A DNA stretch of 11,516 nt from a virus (lineage: Duplodnaviria; Heunggongvirae; Uroviricota; Caudoviricetes): IMG/VR virus record IMGVR_UViG_2778261454_000012, one strand, 5' to 3'. The translations under genes were made by a program, and so were the position numbers. Shown here one piece after another: positions 8,468-11,516 of the stretch (within the stretch, counting starts at the first letter, position 1; each line of letters opens with the position of its first letter). The notes under the pieces are model-generated. The model was not told where the DNA came from, did no database searches, and worked only from the letters and a program-made list of their open reading frames with translations.

Positions 8468-8599
8468 ATGATTCACGCAATCGCGGGAGGCGCTCGCATG
8501 GGTGCCTTCCAACTAAATGAATCTTTACTTGAACGAATCACCCGTAAATTACGTGACGGATGGAAAAGAGTTGAGGTCTTATTATGCGCAATGAAATAG
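8468..8599 (+). CDS. Small hypothetical early protein, 43 aa
   Basis: ATG at 8468 with AAGGA 8 nt upstream. MIHAIAGGARMGAFQLNESLLERITRKLRDGWKRVEVLLCAMK. Overlaps the next ORF. Confidence 0.35.
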   Translation: MIHAIAGGARMGAFQLNESLLERITRKLRDGWKRVEVLLCAMK

Positions 8600-8736
8600 C
8601 CATCAATCACCAGATGCTTCGTGCAGCACAGAACAAAGCAGTAATAGCCAGATTTATTGGTGATTCAAAAATGTGGATTGAAGCAAATAAAGCGATGAAA
8701 TCAGCTATCAACCTTCCGTGGTATCGCAGGAAATGA
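8584..8736 (+). CDS. Small hypothetical early protein, 50 aa
   Basis: ATG at 8584 with GAGG upstream. MRNEIAINHQMLRAAQNKAVIARFIGDSKMWIEANKAMKSAINLPWYRRK. Stop overlaps the next start (ATGA). Confidence 0.4.
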   Translation: MRNEIAINHQMLRAAQNKAVIARFIGDSKMWIEANKAMKSAINLPWYRRK

Positions 8737-8891
8737 GTTTTACAGATAACTGGTCAGACGAAGAATTCATTCGTCAGATGAAAGAATTAATCGGTAACGA
8801 AGGAGATATTCATGTCACTTGCAACCACAGTGAAGGAGAGCAAGTTACAGAGACGCATGTACACGCAGAAAGCTCTCTGGTATCGCCATAA
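8733..8891 (+). CDS. Small hypothetical early protein, 52 aa, acidic
   Basis: ATGA overlap with the preceding ORF (translational coupling). MSFTDNWSDEEFIRQMKELIGNEGDIHVTCNHSEGEQ.... Overlaps the 8812 ORF in another frame, so one of the two may be spurious. Confidence 0.3.
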   Translation: MSFTDNWSDEEFIRQMKELIGNEGDIHVTCNHSEGEQVTETHVHAESSLVSP

Positions 8892-8982
8892 TGGCGACCG
8901 CGAAGGAATGCGGGTATGCCTTAATTTGTCCCGAGTCGAAGTATTAAATCAGCGTTATTTCCTTGGGCCGTGTCCATTCTGA
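8812..8982 (+). CDS. Small hypothetical early protein, 56 aa
   Basis: ATG at 8812 with AGGAG 6 nt upstream. MSLATTVKESKLQRRMYTQKALWYRHNGDREGMRVCLNLSRVEVLNQRYFLGPCPF. Ends 8 nt before the next gene. Confidence 0.45.
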   Translation: MSLATTVKESKLQRRMYTQKALWYRHNGDREGMRVCLNLSRVEVLNQRYFLGPCPF

Positions 8983-8990
8983 GGTGAATT

Positions 8991-9698
8991 ATGGATTTGA
9001 ACAAATTCGATGAGCCATTCAGCCCTGAAGATATCGAATGGCGAATACAGCAAAGCGGTAAAACACGCGATGGCAAGGTGTGGGCTATGGTGCTGGCTTA
9101 TGTCACGAACAGGGCAATCATGAAACGCCTGGACGATGTTTGCGGCAAAGCAGGATGGCGCAATGAATACCGCGATATTCCCAACAACGGCGGCGTTGAA
9201 TGCGGCATATCAATCAGGATTGATTCCGAATGGGTAACCAAATGGGATGCTGCTGAAAACACGCAGGTAGAAGCCGTCAAAGGTGGTCGTTCCGGTGCAA
9301 TGAAGCGCGCTGCCGTTCAGTGGGGAATCGGTCGGTATCTGTATAACATTGAGGAAGGTTTCGCACAAACATCTCTCGATAAAAAGCAGGGATGGCACAG
9401 GGCAAAACTCAAGGATGGAACAGGATTTTACTGGCTCCCTCCATCGCTGCCGGGATGGGCAATCCCAGCATCAGATAACAAACCATCACCAGAAAATACC
9501 AACCAGAAATCTCCATCGGTTGACTGCGAGCAAATCCTGAAAGACTTCAGCGATTATGCGTCAACAGAAACTGACAAGAAAAAACTCATCGAGCGTTATC
9601 AGCGTGACTGGCAATTAATGGCTGGCAACGAGGAGGCGCAGGCTAAATGCGTTCAGGTAATGAACATCAGAGTTAACGAACTAAAACAGGCGGCATAA
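8991..9698 (+). CDS. Single-strand annealing protein, Rad52/Rad22 (Sak-like) family, 235 aa
   Basis: GAGGTG RBS. Contains ...GVECGISIRIDSEW...KGGRSGAMKRAAVQWGIGRYLYN..., the Rad52/22-type GIGRYLY signature. Followed directly (TAAATG) by an ssb start. Confidence 0.7.
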   Translation: MDLNKFDEPFSPEDIEWRIQQSGKTRDGKVWAMVLAYVTNRAIMKRLDDVCGKAGWRNEYRDIPNNGGVECGISIRIDSEWVTKWDAAENTQVEAVKGGRSGAMKRAAVQWGIGRYLYNIEEGFAQTSLDKKQGWHRAKLKDGTGFYWLPPSLPGWAIPASDNKPSPENTNQKSPSVDCEQILKDFSDYASTETDKKKLIERYQRDWQLMAGNEEAQAKCVQVMNIRVNELKQAA

Positions 9699-10058
9699 AT
9701 GGCAAGCAGAGGCGTAAATAAGGTGATTATCCTTGGTCGGGTAGGACAAGACCCGGAAGTTCGATACTCACCATCAGGAACAGCGTTCGCTAAGGGAGCG
9801 TTAAAGCGGGCAGGCATTAGCAACTTCCGCTTCCATGATCTGAGGCATACCTGGGCAAGCTGGCTGGTTCAGTCCGGTGTCTCTCTTCTTGCACTTAAAG
9901 AGATGGGAGGATGGGAAACTCTCGAAATGGTTCAAAGATACGCCCACCTTTCAGCCGGGCATCTCACCGAGCACGCAAGCAAAATCGATGCGATTATAAG
10001 TCGCAATGGCACAAATACGGCACAAGAGGAGAACGTGGTTTACTTAAATGCTAGGTAA
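9699..10058 (+). pseudogene. In-frame chimera: SSB N-terminus (about 29 aa) fused to C-terminal catalytic segment of a tyrosine integrase (about 90 aa)
   Basis: [29 protein letters not shown] is the canonical SSB N-terminus. From about codon 30 the product reads ...[48 protein letters not shown]..., the box II region (H-x-x-R ... Y) of phage integrases. Ends 14 bp before the thrW 3' end, convergent with it. Confidence 0.75.
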
Positions 10059-10072
10059 CTTATTGATTTAAA

Positions 10073-10148
10073 TGGTGCCGATAATAGGAGTCGAACCTAC
10101 GACCTTCGCATTACGAATGCGCTGCTCTACCAACTGAGCTATATCGGC
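10073..10148 (-). tRNA. thrW: tRNA-Thr (anticodon CGU)
   Basis: Reverse complement reads GCCGATATAGCTCAGTTGGTAGAGCAGCGCATTCGTAATGCGAAGGTCGTAGGTTCGACTCCTATTATCGGCACCA, 76 nt. It has the D-arm GCTCAGTTGGTAGAGC, anticodon loop with CGT, T-arm GGTTCGACTCC and encoded CCA. Confidence 0.95.
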
Positions 10149-10262
10149 CCTGAAAGGACATGTTCACGAACGTGAATCACGGTGGACAAGGTTAAAACTA
10201 ACCGGGCGATGCGTCAATGGCCTTGTGAATCAAATGGCTACTTTTGCATCACCCGGTTTTAT

Positions 10263-11516
10263 TTACGCACGAATGGTGTAATCACCAATGCCGATCCACT
10301 TGTAAGTGGTCAGTGCTTCCAGCCCCATTGGGCCACGCGCGTGGAGTTTTTGTGTGCTTACCGCCACTTCCGCACCCAGACCAAACTGGCCGCCGTCGGT
10401 AAAACGCGTAGAGGCGTTAACGTAAACAGCGGACGAATCCACTTCGTTAACAAAACGCTGGGCGTTGCGCATATCGCGGGTCAGGATCGCATCGGAGTGT
10501 TGTGTGCCGTGTTCACGAATATGGGCGATGGCATCGTCAAGATCGCTGACGATTTTGACGTTCAAATCTAATGACAGAAACTCATCGTCATACTCTTCGG
10601 CTTTAACAGCAACCACCTTCGCAGGGCCTGCCTGCAACTGCGCCAGTGCAGCTGCATCTGCGTGTAATGTCACGCCGCTTTCCGCCATTTGTTTGCTTAA
10701 TGCGGGCAGGAAGCTATCGGCGATGTTTTTATTCACCAGCAACGTTTCAACCGTATTACATGTGCTCGGACGCTGAGTTTTCGCGTTGACGATCACTTTT
10801 AATGCTTCAGCGATCTCTACACTTTCATCAACGTAAATATGGCATACGCCTATACCACCTGTGATCACCGGGATTGTCGACTGTTCACGGCACAGTTTAT
10901 GCAAACCAGCGCCACCACGCGGGATCAGCATGTCGATGTATTTATCCATACGCAGCATTTCACTGACCAGCGCACGGTCAGGATTATCAATCGCCTGCAC
11001 GGCACCCGCCGGTAAGCCGCAGGATTTCAGGGCGTCCTGAATCACCGCCACCGTTGCAGCGTTAGTGCGACACGTTTCTTTGCCACCGCGCAGGATCACC
11101 GCATTACCGGTTTTCAGGCACAGCGAAGCGACATCAACCGTCACGTTCGGGCGCGCTTCATAAATCACGCCAATAACCCCCAGCGGTACGCGACGACGCT
11201 CAAGACGCAGGCCGCTGTCCAGTACGCCGCCATCGATTACCTGCCCCACCGGATCGGCGAGGTTGCACACCTGACGTACATCGTCGGCAATGCCTTTCAG
11301 CCGTGCGGGCGTCAGTGCCAGACGGTCAAGCATCGCTTCGCTAAGGCCATTGGCTCGCGCGTCAGCAACATCCTGGGCGTTAGCGTTGAGGATGATTTCG
11401 CTTTGTGCTTCCAGTTCATCGGCGATTTTTTCCAGCACGCGATTTTTTTCGCGGCTGGAGAGTTGCGCTAATTTATACGAGGCTTGCTTCGCGGCAATGC
11501 CCATTTGTTCCAGCAT
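10263..11516 (-). CDS. proA: Gamma-glutamyl phosphate reductase (proline biosynthesis), 417 aa, complete
   Basis: Translation [38 protein letters not shown]...[12 protein letters not shown] matches E. coli ProA in full. Start codon is the last three bases of the window. Confidence 0.97.

Larger units (their letters stand above)
3653..10072. mobile_element. Decayed lambdoid (P22/Sf6-like layout) prophage remnant integrated in thrW, about 6.4 kb
   Basis: Bounded by intact thrW and its 56-bp direct repeat. Integrase remnant converges on thrW. Opposite end has a tailspike-like gene convergent with an acyltransferase (Sf6 oac-like arrangement). Interior has an early-region recombination module. 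No structural genes remain. Confidence 0.65.

Noticed and set aside
9098-9540. ORFs 9098..9280 -, 9210..9398 - and 9349..9540 + within the annealing-protein gene
   Set aside because: Antisense or alternate-frame to a gene with a strong family signature; no independent support.
10163-10257. 14-bp palindrome ttcacgaacgtgaa next to the thrW 5' end and a long imperfect hairpin (accgggcgatgc ... gcatcacccggt) after the proA stop
   Set aside because: They lie in the conserved housekeeping proA-thrW spacer and are most simply the proA terminator and thrW promoter region. Not distinctive without comparison data.
10182-10776. Plus-strand ORFs 10182..10571 and 10465..10776
   Set aside because: Antisense to a full-length, perfectly conserved proA. 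GC-rich antisense frames commonly stay open by chance.

Overview
This window looks like an Escherichia-type chromosomal segment at the proA-thrW integration hotspot, read opposite to proA. The right end carries a complete proA (minus strand, start codon at the window edge) and an intact tRNA-Thr(CGU) gene (thrW, 10073-10148, minus). The left 3.3 kb is the distal end of a CP4-6-type cryptic island: an inner-membrane lipoprotein, a signal-peptide protein, DUF905, an ArdB/KlcA-like antirestriction protein, a RadC-like JAB protein, DUF987 and a CbeA/CbtA-type antitoxin/toxin pair, closed by a terminator. Between them (about 3653-10072) lies a roughly 6.4 kb, heavily deleted lambdoid prophage remnant with P22/Sf6-like end architecture, bounded by thrW and a 56-bp direct repeat of the thrW 3' part (3597-3652). 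It retains an AT-rich acyltransferase-3 (O-antigen acetylase-like) gene convergent with a 654-aa beta-helix, tailspike-like gene; a fragment of a second, P4-type integrase; a highly charged ER/K-rich protein; four small overlapping early ORFs; a Rad52/22-type annealing protein; and an in-frame chimera of an ssb N-terminus with the C-terminal catalytic part of a tyrosine integrase. No CRISPR array, rRNA or IS element was seen. Calls rest on reading the translations and the DNA by eye; family assignments are from memory of conserved motifs and K-12 gene order, not from searches.
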